A DNA stretch of 64,000 nucleotides, from NCBI GenBank assembly GCA_944349805.1, contig CALVNP010000055.1, forward strand, positions 1,565 through 65,564. Reading direction: 5' to 3'. Source of the stretch: an uncultured Clostridia bacterium (lineage in GTDB: Bacteria > Bacillota > Clostridia > Christensenellales > UBA1242). This document shows, piece after piece, positions 25,585 to 33,280 of this stretch. The position numbers and the translations under genes are program-made. Below the pieces are notes generated by a model that saw only the letters and a list, made by a program, of their open reading frames with translations, ran no database searches and was not told where the DNA came from. How positions within the stretch are numbered: position 1 is the stretch's first letter; the number at the start of each line of letters is the position of its first letter.

Positions 25585-26835
25585 TTATTTAATCCTTTTC
25601 ATTACAACAATATATTCTTTAGTCATTGTTGAAATTTGGCCTCCAACTCTATTAGATGGGGATGCTTTTGAAGGCATACGCTTATTCAAGATATCTCTTA
25701 CATGAGTAACAATATGTTCATATCCTAATTTTTCAAACATTTTATAAGTAATAACATCTAATGGCAATTCAATATTTCTAACTCTACGATTACCAACAAC
25801 ATACACAACATATCCTCCAATTTTAACTGTCTGAGATATCGCCTCAATCGTTTCAAGATAGTCTTTATAAAAAGATATGACAGATCTATATCGGTCTCCA
25901 TTATTATTTAAATCGTATTTCTTTATTTTATCTATAGCATCATCTAATTCTTCTATATTAAAATGATATGCATTTATTTTTCGACCACCCATTAGTTTTG
26001 AATCAACTTGACCAGCATCTGTAAAACCAAGCCATTCATTTGAGAGTCTCGAAAATTGGCCATAGGCTACTGTCGTGTGGCTATCTCCATATGGAGGAGA
26101 TGTTATAATTAAATCAAATTTGTCTTGTAAATGATATTTTTGTATACACATGTTTGAGTTGTCATAAAATAATTTAACATTAGTATTATATTTAACATCC
26201 GCATTTTCTAAAATTTCTATATTTCTATCAACAATTTGTTCAAATAACTTAAATGCGTCAGGATTAAAATTTTCTAGCGATTTTTTTGACATTCTATATA
26301 ATTTAAATTCGCCATTTCTTGTTTCAGAAACACATCTAACCACTTCAGAAAAACACATTTTAAAAAACTTCAACGAAGAATCATCAAAAGATTCAAAAAC
26401 AAATTTTTTAATTTTTGCTAATTCAATAATACTTTGTTCTTTAAACCAAGAATGAAGAATTGAAAAACTAGGTATTTCACTAGGTTCTATATTTAGTATT
26501 TTGTAATTTTCAAACTTTTTAAATCTTTCTTTAATATTTTCTATTACTATAGGTTTTGTTTTTACTTCTGTAATTAACAAAGCCAAAGGATTTAGATCAA
26601 AACCATATGCTTCTTTAGCTCCATATAATTGAGCTTCCGCAATAGTTGTGCCAGATCCAACATAAGGATCTAGAAAAATTGTATCTGGACCTTTCCCATA
26701 TTCTTTTAACATTTCTCTTGCAATTAAAGGCATCATCATTGCTGGATAAGGATGAAGTCCATGCACATATTCTTTCATGCTGTGTTCTTTAAAGTTCCAT
26801 TTTTCATCATATTGTCTCTTATAATTGTTTTTCAT
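25585..26835 (-). CDS. DNA methyltransferase (amino-MTase with SPPY motif; N4-cytosine or N6-adenine)
   Basis: SAM motif I is LDPYVGSGTT near residue 56. Catalytic motif IV is ITSPPYGD near residue 245. The order I...TRD...IV indicates the alpha class. Confidence 0.85.
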   Translation of the reverse strand: MKNNYKRQYDEKWNFKEHSMKEYVHGLHPYPAMMMPLIAREMLKEYGKGPDTIFLDPYVGSGTTIAEAQLYGAKEAYGFDLNPLALLITEVKTKPIVIENIKERFKKFENYKILNIEPSEIPSFSILHSWFKEQSIIELAKIKKFVFESFDDSSLKFFKMCFSEVVRCVSETRNGEFKLYRMSKKSLENFNPDAFKLFEQIVDRNIEILENADVKYNTNVKLFYDNSNMCIQKYHLQDKFDLIITSPPYGDSHTTVAYGQFSRLSNEWLGFTDAGQVDSKLMGGRKINAYHFNIEELDDAIDKIKKYDLNNNGDRYRSVISFYKDYLETIEAISQTVKIGGYVVYVVGNRRVRNIELPLDVITYKMFEKLGYEHIVTHVRDILNKRMPSKASPSNRVGGQISTMTKEYIVVMKRIK

Positions 26836-27028
26836 TTTTACCTCTTATTATTCCTGATTCCACAAATAATTTATATAATTTTTTTCTGTATTTCGTTGAA
26901 GGATTAAATTTTCCTTTTTCCCATCGATTTACGGTTGTTTTAGAGACGTTTAAAATTTGAGCCAAATCATTTTGTGTTAGGAAATTATTTTCACGATATA
27001 CAAATATATTCTTTTGAAAATCAATCAT
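26819..27028 (-). CDS. Controller (C) protein-like XRE HTH regulator of the R-M operon
   Basis: 69 aa starting at ATG 27028 (MIDFQKNIF...LTQNDLAQILNVSKTTVNRWEKGK). It overlaps the MTase start by 17 nt. Confidence 0.7.
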   Translation of the reverse strand: MIDFQKNIFVYRENNFLTQNDLAQILNVSKTTVNRWEKGKFNPSTKYRKKLYKLFVESGIIRGKNEKQL

Positions 27029-27053
27029 TATATTTACCTCAATATATGACATT

Positions 27054-27083
27054 ATTATAACATAAAGTTGACATAAAATCAAC
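27054..27083 (-). promoter_or_regulatory. Promoter with overlapping inverted repeat (C-box-like operator) for the C-M-R operon
   Basis: The minus strand reads TTGATT, 17 nt, TATAAT. The inverted repeat GTTGA-N7-TCAAC (27067-27083) overlaps the -35 element. Confidence 0.5.
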
Positions 27084-27165
27084 ATTTTAAATTTATTTTT
27101 TTTAGAACTACTTGGCTTTTTAATAAAAACGTTTTATAGTGTCACACAACGCAAGGAGGTGTAGT

Positions 27166-27567
27166 GTGAAAGCACGATTTATTTATAAAAAGCCAGATGC
27201 ACGACTTGTGCGCAATGCAATTGATCGTGGAGAAGGTCAAAGAGCCGAGTATGTTGTAGAAAGAACAATTTACCTTCCAAAAGAAAAGTTTATTCATTTT
27301 AGAAGTCACTTGCTGGAAGATAATGATGCGATAATGACCTACAAAAATGAAATGTATGTTGACGAAAACAAAGTGTGGCACGTCTTGATGTTTTGCTCAA
27401 TGATTGCCGATATTATGATTCTTGTTAACAGTGAAGGATTTAATTATGCGCGCTACTGCTCAATAATTTGCAATGGAGGTGAACAAGTTGAAAAACGTTA
27501 TTCGACTCGTCAGAGATATCCTACAAGACCAAAAAATAACTGCAGAAGAACAACTGCAGTTAAATAA
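27166..27567 (+). CDS. Hypothetical protein; the 3' part may be out of frame
   Basis: The GTG start lies 6 nt after the strong RBS AAGGAGG. The last ~30 codons overlap the next ORF in another frame. Confidence 0.45.
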   Translation: MKARFIYKKPDARLVRNAIDRGEGQRAEYVVERTIYLPKEKFIHFRSHLLEDNDAIMTYKNEMYVDENKVWHVLMFCSMIADIMILVNSEGFNYARYCSIICNGGEQVEKRYSTRQRYPTRPKNNCRRTTAVK

Positions 27568-27730
27568 AATTTGTGAACTAGAAGAAAAATTCGTTAAAGA
27601 TTTTTCTAAAGACAAATGGAGAGAATATTTTGATTTAGATGTTGAAAAAGGTCAACTTGTAAACTTACAAATTGACCAAGTGATTAAAATTACATATGAA
27701 GTTTATAAACGACTTTTTATTGGAAAGTAG
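27473..27730 (+). CDS. Hypothetical helical protein (possibly the displaced C-terminal part of the preceding gene)
   Basis: 85 aa with no RBS. It overlaps the upstream ORF by 95 nt in the +1 frame. Confidence 0.4.
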   Translation: MEVNKLKNVIRLVRDILQDQKITAEEQLQLNKICELEEKFVKDFSKDKWREYFDLDVEKGQLVNLQIDQVIKITYEVYKRLFIGK

Positions 27731-27736
27731 CCAAGA

Positions 27737-27786
27737 GTACCCAAAGTCAAAAATTGCCTAAAATTGTACCCAAATAGTGCCCAAGT
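27737..27786 (+). repeat. GTACCCAAA-type repeats (candidate arm-type integrase sites, right end)
   Basis: GTACCCAAA lies at 27737-27745 and TTGTACCCAAA at 27764-27774. Degenerate copies are TTGCCTAAA (27754-27762) and GTGCCCAAG (27778-27786). All have the same orientation as the left-end copies. Confidence 0.6.
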
Positions 27787-27906
27787 TTTAGGTATGCGCA
27801 AGAAAAGATATAAAAATTGATATAGTTTTTGCTTGATTTGAAAGATATTTTGAGCGATATTGCGCAAATAGATATATAAAATGAGAAAAAAGTAAGATTT
27901 TGAGCG

Positions 27907-27950
27907 CTCCTAAGGGCTAGTTAGGGGTTCGATTCCCTTAGGGGACGCCA
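27907..27950 (+). other. attR: 8-bp core CTCCTAAG plus the 3' half of the host tRNA-Arg(CCT) gene
   Basis: CTCCTAAG-GGCT-AGTT-AGGGG-TTCGATT-CCCTT-AGGGGAC-G-CCA. The 3' acceptor strand pairs with GTCCTCT at 15534-15540. Confidence 0.85.
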
Positions 27951-27969
27951 TTTTTTTGTGTTATCTTTG

Positions 27970-27998
27970 TAAGCAATTTTTTGTTGCTTATTTTTTTT
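27970..27998 (+). terminator. Terminator downstream of the tRNA 3' half
   Basis: Stem AAGCAA/TTGCTT followed by T8. Confidence 0.6.
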
Positions 27999-28111
27999 AC
28001 TCAATTTTTAATATTTTGACTTACATTTTTTGTAATTCAATTTTATTTTTGTTTGTTTTTTAAAACATTTTTTTGCGTTTAAAAAGTTGTTTGTTTGTCT
28101 ATATTTGTTGT

Positions 28112-28483
28112 ATGGAAACATTTTTAACTTATTTATATGTCTTTTTGGTGGGTGGACTTATTTGTATGATAGGTCAAATTTTGATTATAAGGACAAAAAT
28201 CACTTCGGCAAGAATTTTGGTTACTTTTGTCCTTGTGGGTGTTGTTTTGGAAGCTGTTGGAGTTTTCGATTACATCTCAGCTTTTGCTAAAGCTGGGGTT
28301 AATGTTCCAATAACGGGTTTTGGAGCTTCTCTTGCAAAGGGGGCAATGGGTGGTGTTAAGGCTATGGGACTTATTGGAGCATTCACTGGTGGACTTGAAG
28401 CTGTTGCTGGTGGAATTGCTGCTGCCGTTGGCTTTGCATTCTTGTTTTCTTTGATTTTTAGAGCACACACAAAAAAGAATTGA
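28112..28483 (+). CDS. spoVAE: Stage V sporulation protein AE (SpoVAEB-type)
   Basis: FLVGGLICMIGQILI..TKITSARILV.FV..GV.LEA.G..D....FA.AG..VPITGFG..LAKG is the SpoVAE signature. The start is placed at ATG 28112. Confidence 0.8.
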   Translation: METFLTYLYVFLVGGLICMIGQILIIRTKITSARILVTFVLVGVVLEAVGVFDYISAFAKAGVNVPITGFGASLAKGAMGGVKAMGLIGAFTGGLEAVAGGIAAAVGFAFLFSLIFRAHTKKN

Positions 28484-28555
28484 AATTTCCTATTGCAAAA
28501 TTAAAATTTTTATGTTAAACTTGCAATGAAGAAAGTTTCTGCAGGGGGGGAGATT

Positions 28556-29758
28556 ATGGCAGAAAATAAGAAGTTTAGTGTAAAAAAAGCAATTGCAGTT
28601 GCTGGTTGCGTTACAATTTTGGGGCTGAGCATTTTTCTTGGTCAGAAGTATATTTCAGAAAAATTGCAGGAAGAACCAGATTTACCACCTGTTGTGGATA
28701 CAATTCCAGATGAAACACCAGCTGTTGAAACACCAGCTGTTGAACTTGCAAAACTTGAAACACCTGTTGTTGAGTACGATGAAGAAAACAACATTGTTTC
28801 TTGGAATGAAATTGAAAATGCTGAAAAGTATCTTCTTAAAGTAAACGGTGTTGAACAGGAAGTTGAAGAAACACAGGCGCAAGTGGACATTGAAGAAAAG
28901 AGCAATTATACCATAAGTGTTAAAGCGTTGGGTGATGGTAAAGAATACTTGGACAGCGAAGAAGCAAGCATAAGTGGTTACAGGCAGGACCAAAACGAAG
29001 TTTATTACAAAAACATAGAGAGCAACATCTACAAGTTTTTTGATACTTATAAGTATAATGGAAAATATTTAACTTATGTAAAAGATATTTTAAATGTCGA
29101 GTATGAAGATAATAAGCTTACAGTTTTGTTTAAATGTACAACTCGTGAAGAAACAGCTCCTGTAATGGAATATAAAGAAATTATTTTTGATTTAAACAGT
29201 GTATATTCTAATGATAATGTAACATTAAAAACAATCTCAGAAGCATCAAATTACATTTTTGATTTAAATTTTAATCAAATAAATTATAGGAATTTAACAG
29301 ATAATATATTCTCTTATGGTACAGGTTGTTATGATGTTATGATAGAAGATGAAAGGCTTACAGGACAGCTAAGGGAATATTTGGACAATGGCTACACTGC
29401 AACAAGATTGTATTCTGAAATATCAGCAGATGTACAACCAGATAAGTTTGTTGTTAATTCTTGTATAAGACTACAAAAAGATGAAGAAATTAAAATTGTA
29501 ACTGTTCAAAATTTTATATATCAAAAGTATAATGGAGCTTATGCACTTGATGGTTATGTTAAAGCATATTTGAATGGAACAGCAGAAGATGTTAGAATTG
29601 AAGAAAGCAAGTTTGAAGAAAATTCCAGCACATCAGAGATATGGCAAAAAGCAGATGATAAGTACGGGCAAGCTGAAATTCAGCAGGCAAAAGCTCAGTA
29701 CTACACTGGTGCTGAAATGAAATTTTATAGTCAACCAGCATATTCTCCAGAACTTTAA
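28556..29758 (+). CDS. Membrane-anchored extracellular protein, unknown function
   Basis: N-terminal TM (AIAVAGCVTILGLSIFLG). A Pro/Glu/Thr-rich linker carries the repeat ETPAVETPAVE. An Fn3-like segment follows (SWNEIENAEKYLLKVNG). ATG 28556 sits behind RBS GGGGGAG. Confidence 0.6.
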   Translation: MAENKKFSVKKAIAVAGCVTILGLSIFLGQKYISEKLQEEPDLPPVVDTIPDETPAVETPAVELAKLETPVVEYDEENNIVSWNEIENAEKYLLKVNGVEQEVEETQAQVDIEEKSNYTISVKALGDGKEYLDSEEASISGYRQDQNEVYYKNIESNIYKFFDTYKYNGKYLTYVKDILNVEYEDNKLTVLFKCTTREETAPVMEYKEIIFDLNSVYSNDNVTLKTISEASNYIFDLNFNQINYRNLTDNIFSYGTGCYDVMIEDERLTGQLREYLDNGYTATRLYSEISADVQPDKFVVNSCIRLQKDEEIKIVTVQNFIYQKYNGAYALDGYVKAYLNGTAEDVRIEESKFEENSSTSEIWQKADDKYGQAEIQQAKAQYYTGAEMKFYSQPAYSPEL

Positions 29759-29767
29759 AAAACAAAG

Positions 29768-29799
29768 AATCAACAAAAAGTTATTTGTTGATTTTTTTT
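29768..29799 (+). terminator. Rho-independent terminator
   Basis: Stem AATCAACAAA/TTTGTTGATT followed by T8. Confidence 0.8.
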
Positions 29800-29858
29800 A
29801 ATATGCAATTTTTAAATTTTACTTGATATATTTTACATAAGTTGATAAAATAAGTTTG

Positions 29859-31439
29859 ATGAAAAAGTTTTTTAGCTTTGTTTTATTTACACTTCTTATC
29901 ACCATTTCAGTTTTTACAAGTGGTTGCTTTTTTATTCCTGGCCTTGATGACATTGGTGGTTTAGGTGATGACCTTTTGTACCCATCAGGTACGGTTTCAG
30001 GGTACAAGGTGTGTTATAAACCTGAAATTTACGATTTCGGCAAAATTTTTGAAACATTTAGCAGAACTATTACAGCTGAATTATATACATATTTTACATT
30101 TTCAACTTTAACGGTGGACAATAAGAATTCATTTGGTTGGAATGATGTTTTAAACTTGGACAGGGTAAGATATCAAACTAAAATTGTTACTGAAATTGTC
30201 AATGAAGTTGAAACAGAGTACTATACTTATGATGATGTTTCTTGGAATTGGAGTTTTGGGAAGAATATTCAATATTTTGAAACACATTTAAATATTAATA
30301 CTAACAAAATAATATGTGAAGGAAATTTACAAAATGTTATAAGCACTTATTTAAGTTATAATACAAATAGAATTACAGAAATTTCAAATATATATTCCAC
30401 TGTGCTAGAATACAACATTTATGAGCTTGTTTTGGGCAGAACTCCAACAAGTCCTGTTGTAACAATTGATGACAATGCAACAACTGTTCCTGCATCTGTT
30501 AATGTGACATTAAATGGGGAAAAAGTTGACGGAACAACAGAAACAAGGAATGATATTCTTGCTTCAATAAAGGAAGAGTACTCCAAATACGGAACTTATG
30601 TTGGCTTTTCTGAAAGAGATAGGGAGAATTTAAAAAATTATATTCTTGAAACGGTGATAGGAAGTCAGATTGTAAATAACCCTACTTACAATAAAAATAA
30701 TGAATATCAAAATAAAGTGGCTGACATTATAAATAATGCTAATCCGTCTTTAAATCAAGGTGGTGAAGGGGAGCAGGAAGCATTAAGAGATTTCTTTGAC
30801 CCTTATCCTGCAAGTAAGATTAAAGACTTTAACGGTACAGCATTTTATATCAATGGTGGTATTGATGAAAATGGAGCTTCGGCTGACAATGCTTTTGACC
30901 ATATTCAGTCTGCTGAATACCAAAGTTTTGTTATTATGCCAGAAGAAGATGATTTGTCCTTATGTGCATTATGGCTTGCGTTTGAGTCTGAGCAAGCAAT
31001 GGACGCTGTAATTCGAGTTAGGTATTATGATGGCAATGGAAGGTTGTTTGAAACAGCAAAACAGCGTATTTCAATGTCTGGTGAAGCTTTTAATGCTGAA
31101 ACAGACATTATAATGATGGACTTAGTTTATAGTGAAATTTCTGACACTGAGCTTGATACATCTGTTGATATGACGCTTGATAAATTTGATAATAATCTTG
31201 ATAACGGTGTTTTAAAAGCTGATAGTATTGATGGTAAATATGTTTCTGGTGAGCTTGCAAACTACTACAACATAATAGAGTCAGACAGTGGTTTTGGGGC
31301 AATTGGAGTGCTTAATCATAACAAAATTCCATTTGCGTATATGGAGATTGTCATTGATGTTATAAAGGATCCAAACACGCCACAAGCAACTTATCCATTC
31401 AAAATGGGTGTGGTTGGAATTTTTCCAACAGCGGAGTAA
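29859..31439 (+). CDS. Large lipoprotein, unknown function
   Basis: Signal peptide with lipobox VFTSGC. 526 aa with no recognisable catalytic motif. Confidence 0.6.
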   Translation: MKKFFSFVLFTLLITISVFTSGCFFIPGLDDIGGLGDDLLYPSGTVSGYKVCYKPEIYDFGKIFETFSRTITAELYTYFTFSTLTVDNKNSFGWNDVLNLDRVRYQTKIVTEIVNEVETEYYTYDDVSWNWSFGKNIQYFETHLNINTNKIICEGNLQNVISTYLSYNTNRITEISNIYSTVLEYNIYELVLGRTPTSPVVTIDDNATTVPASVNVTLNGEKVDGTTETRNDILASIKEEYSKYGTYVGFSERDRENLKNYILETVIGSQIVNNPTYNKNNEYQNKVADIINNANPSLNQGGEGEQEALRDFFDPYPASKIKDFNGTAFYINGGIDENGASADNAFDHIQSAEYQSFVIMPEEDDLSLCALWLAFESEQAMDAVIRVRYYDGNGRLFETAKQRISMSGEAFNAETDIIMMDLVYSEISDTELDTSVDMTLDKFDNNLDNGVLKADSIDGKYVSGELANYYNIIESDSGFGAIGVLNHNKIPFAYMEIVIDVIKDPNTPQATYPFKMGVVGIFPTAE

Positions 31440-31441
31440 TT

Positions 31442-31780
31442 ATGGGAATTTTTGATAAAATTTTAAAAGGGTTAGGGTTTGAAGGTGAAAACAAATCTTC
31501 AAGTACTAAAATTAAAAAGCAAATTAAAAAGAAAGCTGGTGTTTATTCCTTAGATGATGAAAAAGAAGAAATCATTGAAGAAATGAAACCTAAAAATCAA
31601 GAAGAAGTTGCAAAAATTGTTGATTTTTTGAAAAAGGAAGGAAAGGTCATTGCAGACCTTTCAAATTTTGAAGAGCAGAATTTTTACAATGCATTAAGCT
31701 TTTTGTCTGGGGCAGTATATGCATTTGGTGGTCAAGTTTACAAGCTTGATGACACAAGATACAAACTTATGGTGGTGTGA
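31442..31780 (+). CDS. sepF: Cell division protein SepF
   Basis: The N-terminal amphipathic membrane-targeting helix is MGIFDKILKGLGF. The C-terminal SepF core is P.NQEEVAKIVDFLK.G..VI..L...E...........FLSGAVYA.GG. Confidence 0.85.
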   Translation: MGIFDKILKGLGFEGENKSSSTKIKKQIKKKAGVYSLDDEKEEIIEEMKPKNQEEVAKIVDFLKKEGKVIADLSNFEEQNFYNALSFLSGAVYAFGGQVYKLDDTRYKLMVV

Positions 31781-32325
31781 TGAAGAAGAAAAAAAATATA
31801 TTCAATGTTTACGGCAAAGGTTATAAAGCAATTGCAATTGTAATTTGTGTTGTGTTTTGGGACTTACTGACAAAAGTTTTAACAGATGGTTTTTCTGTTA
31901 AAATTTGGCCAAATGTAATAAATTTTGTTTCCGTTCACAACACAGGTGGAGCTTGGAGCATACTTAACCAGCACACTTGGATTTTAATTGTTTTAACATT
32001 TTTATTTTTAATTGCATTTTTTACTTTTAATTATTTTTTCAAACAAAGGACAACATTTTATACCATTGCATTTTCCTTAATTGTTGGTGGAGCAATTGGA
32101 AATTTAATTGACAGATTGTTTTTAGGTTATGTTCGAGATTTTATTAGCTTAGACTTAATTCCAAATTTTCCTGTATTCAATATTGCTGACATATGCTTAT
32201 GTGTTGGTGTTGTACTGTTTTGTGTGTTCTTTATCTTTATATTACCAAAGCTCAACAAAGGATTTGTTAAAAAGGAAATAAAGCTTAAAAAATCTAATGC
32301 TATAAAGCATATTAAAAAGGATTAG
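31777..32325 (+). CDS. lspA: Lipoprotein signal peptidase II
   Basis: VHNTGGAWS, GGAIGNLIDR and FPVFNIAD motifs. It overlaps the sepF stop. Confidence 0.92.
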   Translation: MMKKKKNIFNVYGKGYKAIAIVICVVFWDLLTKVLTDGFSVKIWPNVINFVSVHNTGGAWSILNQHTWILIVLTFLFLIAFFTFNYFFKQRTTFYTIAFSLIVGGAIGNLIDRLFLGYVRDFISLDLIPNFPVFNIADICLCVGVVLFCVFFIFILPKLNKGFVKKEIKLKKSNAIKHIKKD

Positions 32326-32326
32326 T

Positions 32327-33229
32327 ATGGTTTTTACAGTTGACATCAATGATAAAGGAAAGAGATTAGATCTCTTTCTTTTAAACAACCTTAAAGATAT
32401 TTCTCGTTCTAGAATTAAAACATTAATTGAAAACGGAAATATTCTTTTAAATGATGAAAAAATTAAAAGTGGAGAAAAGTTAAGAGTTGGAGATGTAATT
32501 TCGGTTGAAATTCCTGAAATTGAAGAAGTTAAAACCAAACCAGAAAACATTCCACTTGATATTGTGTATGAAGATGATGATTTGGCAGTTATAAACAAAG
32601 CACAAGGAATGGTTGTTCACGCAGGAGCAGGGAACAGCTCAGGGACACTTGTAAATGCTCTTTTATATAATTTAAAAAATCTTAGTGGAATAAATGGAAA
32701 ACTAAGACCTGGAATTGTACACAGGCTGGACAAAAACACATCTGGACTTTTACTTGTTGCAAAAAATGACAGTGCTCACATTAGCTTAGCAAAACAAATT
32801 GCTGACAAAACTTGCAAAAGATGTTATATTGCTCTTTTAGAAGGAAATTTAAAGGAAGAGTCGGGCACAATTACAACTCATATTGCACGAGATAAAAAAC
32901 ACAGAACTCTTATGAACATATGCGAAAATGATAAAGGCAAATTAGCAATTACGGACTTTAAGGTTTTAGAAAGATTTAATGGCTTTACTCTTGTTGAATT
33001 TAGTCTAAAAACAGGTAGAACACATCAAATTAGAGTACACGCATCAAGGTACTTACATAAACCAATAGTTGGTGACAAAGAATATAATCCATCAACAAAA
33101 ATTAATGGTCAACTTTTGCACGCATACAAAATTGAGTTTAATCATCCAAAAACAAATGATAGAATTTGTTTTCAAACAAACCTTCCAACATACTTTGAAA
33201 ATGTATTACAAAAATTAAGAAAAAAATAG
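32327..33229 (+). CDS. rluD: 23S rRNA pseudouridine synthase, RluA family (RluD)
   Basis: N-terminal S4 domain, catalytic HRLDKNTSGLLLVAKN, and the RTHQIRVH motif. Confidence 0.92.
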   Translation: MVFTVDINDKGKRLDLFLLNNLKDISRSRIKTLIENGNILLNDEKIKSGEKLRVGDVISVEIPEIEEVKTKPENIPLDIVYEDDDLAVINKAQGMVVHAGAGNSSGTLVNALLYNLKNLSGINGKLRPGIVHRLDKNTSGLLLVAKNDSAHISLAKQIADKTCKRCYIALLEGNLKEESGTITTHIARDKKHRTLMNICENDKGKLAITDFKVLERFNGFTLVEFSLKTGRTHQIRVHASRYLHKPIVGDKEYNPSTKINGQLLHAYKIEFNHPKTNDRICFQTNLPTYFENVLQKLRKK

Positions 33230-33280
33230 TAGACAATTATTGCAATTGCATATATAATATTATGGTTAAAGGAGTGAAAT

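Larger units (their letters stand above)
15565..27914. mobile_element. 12.3-kb integrated element (integrase/Xis/Rep backbone plus defence cargo) inserted in the tRNA-Arg(CCT) anticodon loop
   Basis: It is bounded by direct 8-bp CTCCTAAG repeats that coincide with the break in a tRNA gene. TTGTACCCAAA-type repeats occur inside both ends. A tyrosine integrase lies at 20335-21729. Flanking genes are conserved housekeeping or sporulation genes. Confidence 0.85.

Noticed and set aside
28087-28470. Alternative-frame and antisense ORFs over spoVAE (67, 66 and 63 aa)
   Set aside because: The SpoVAE frame has a clear family signature, so the others are overlapping shadow frames.
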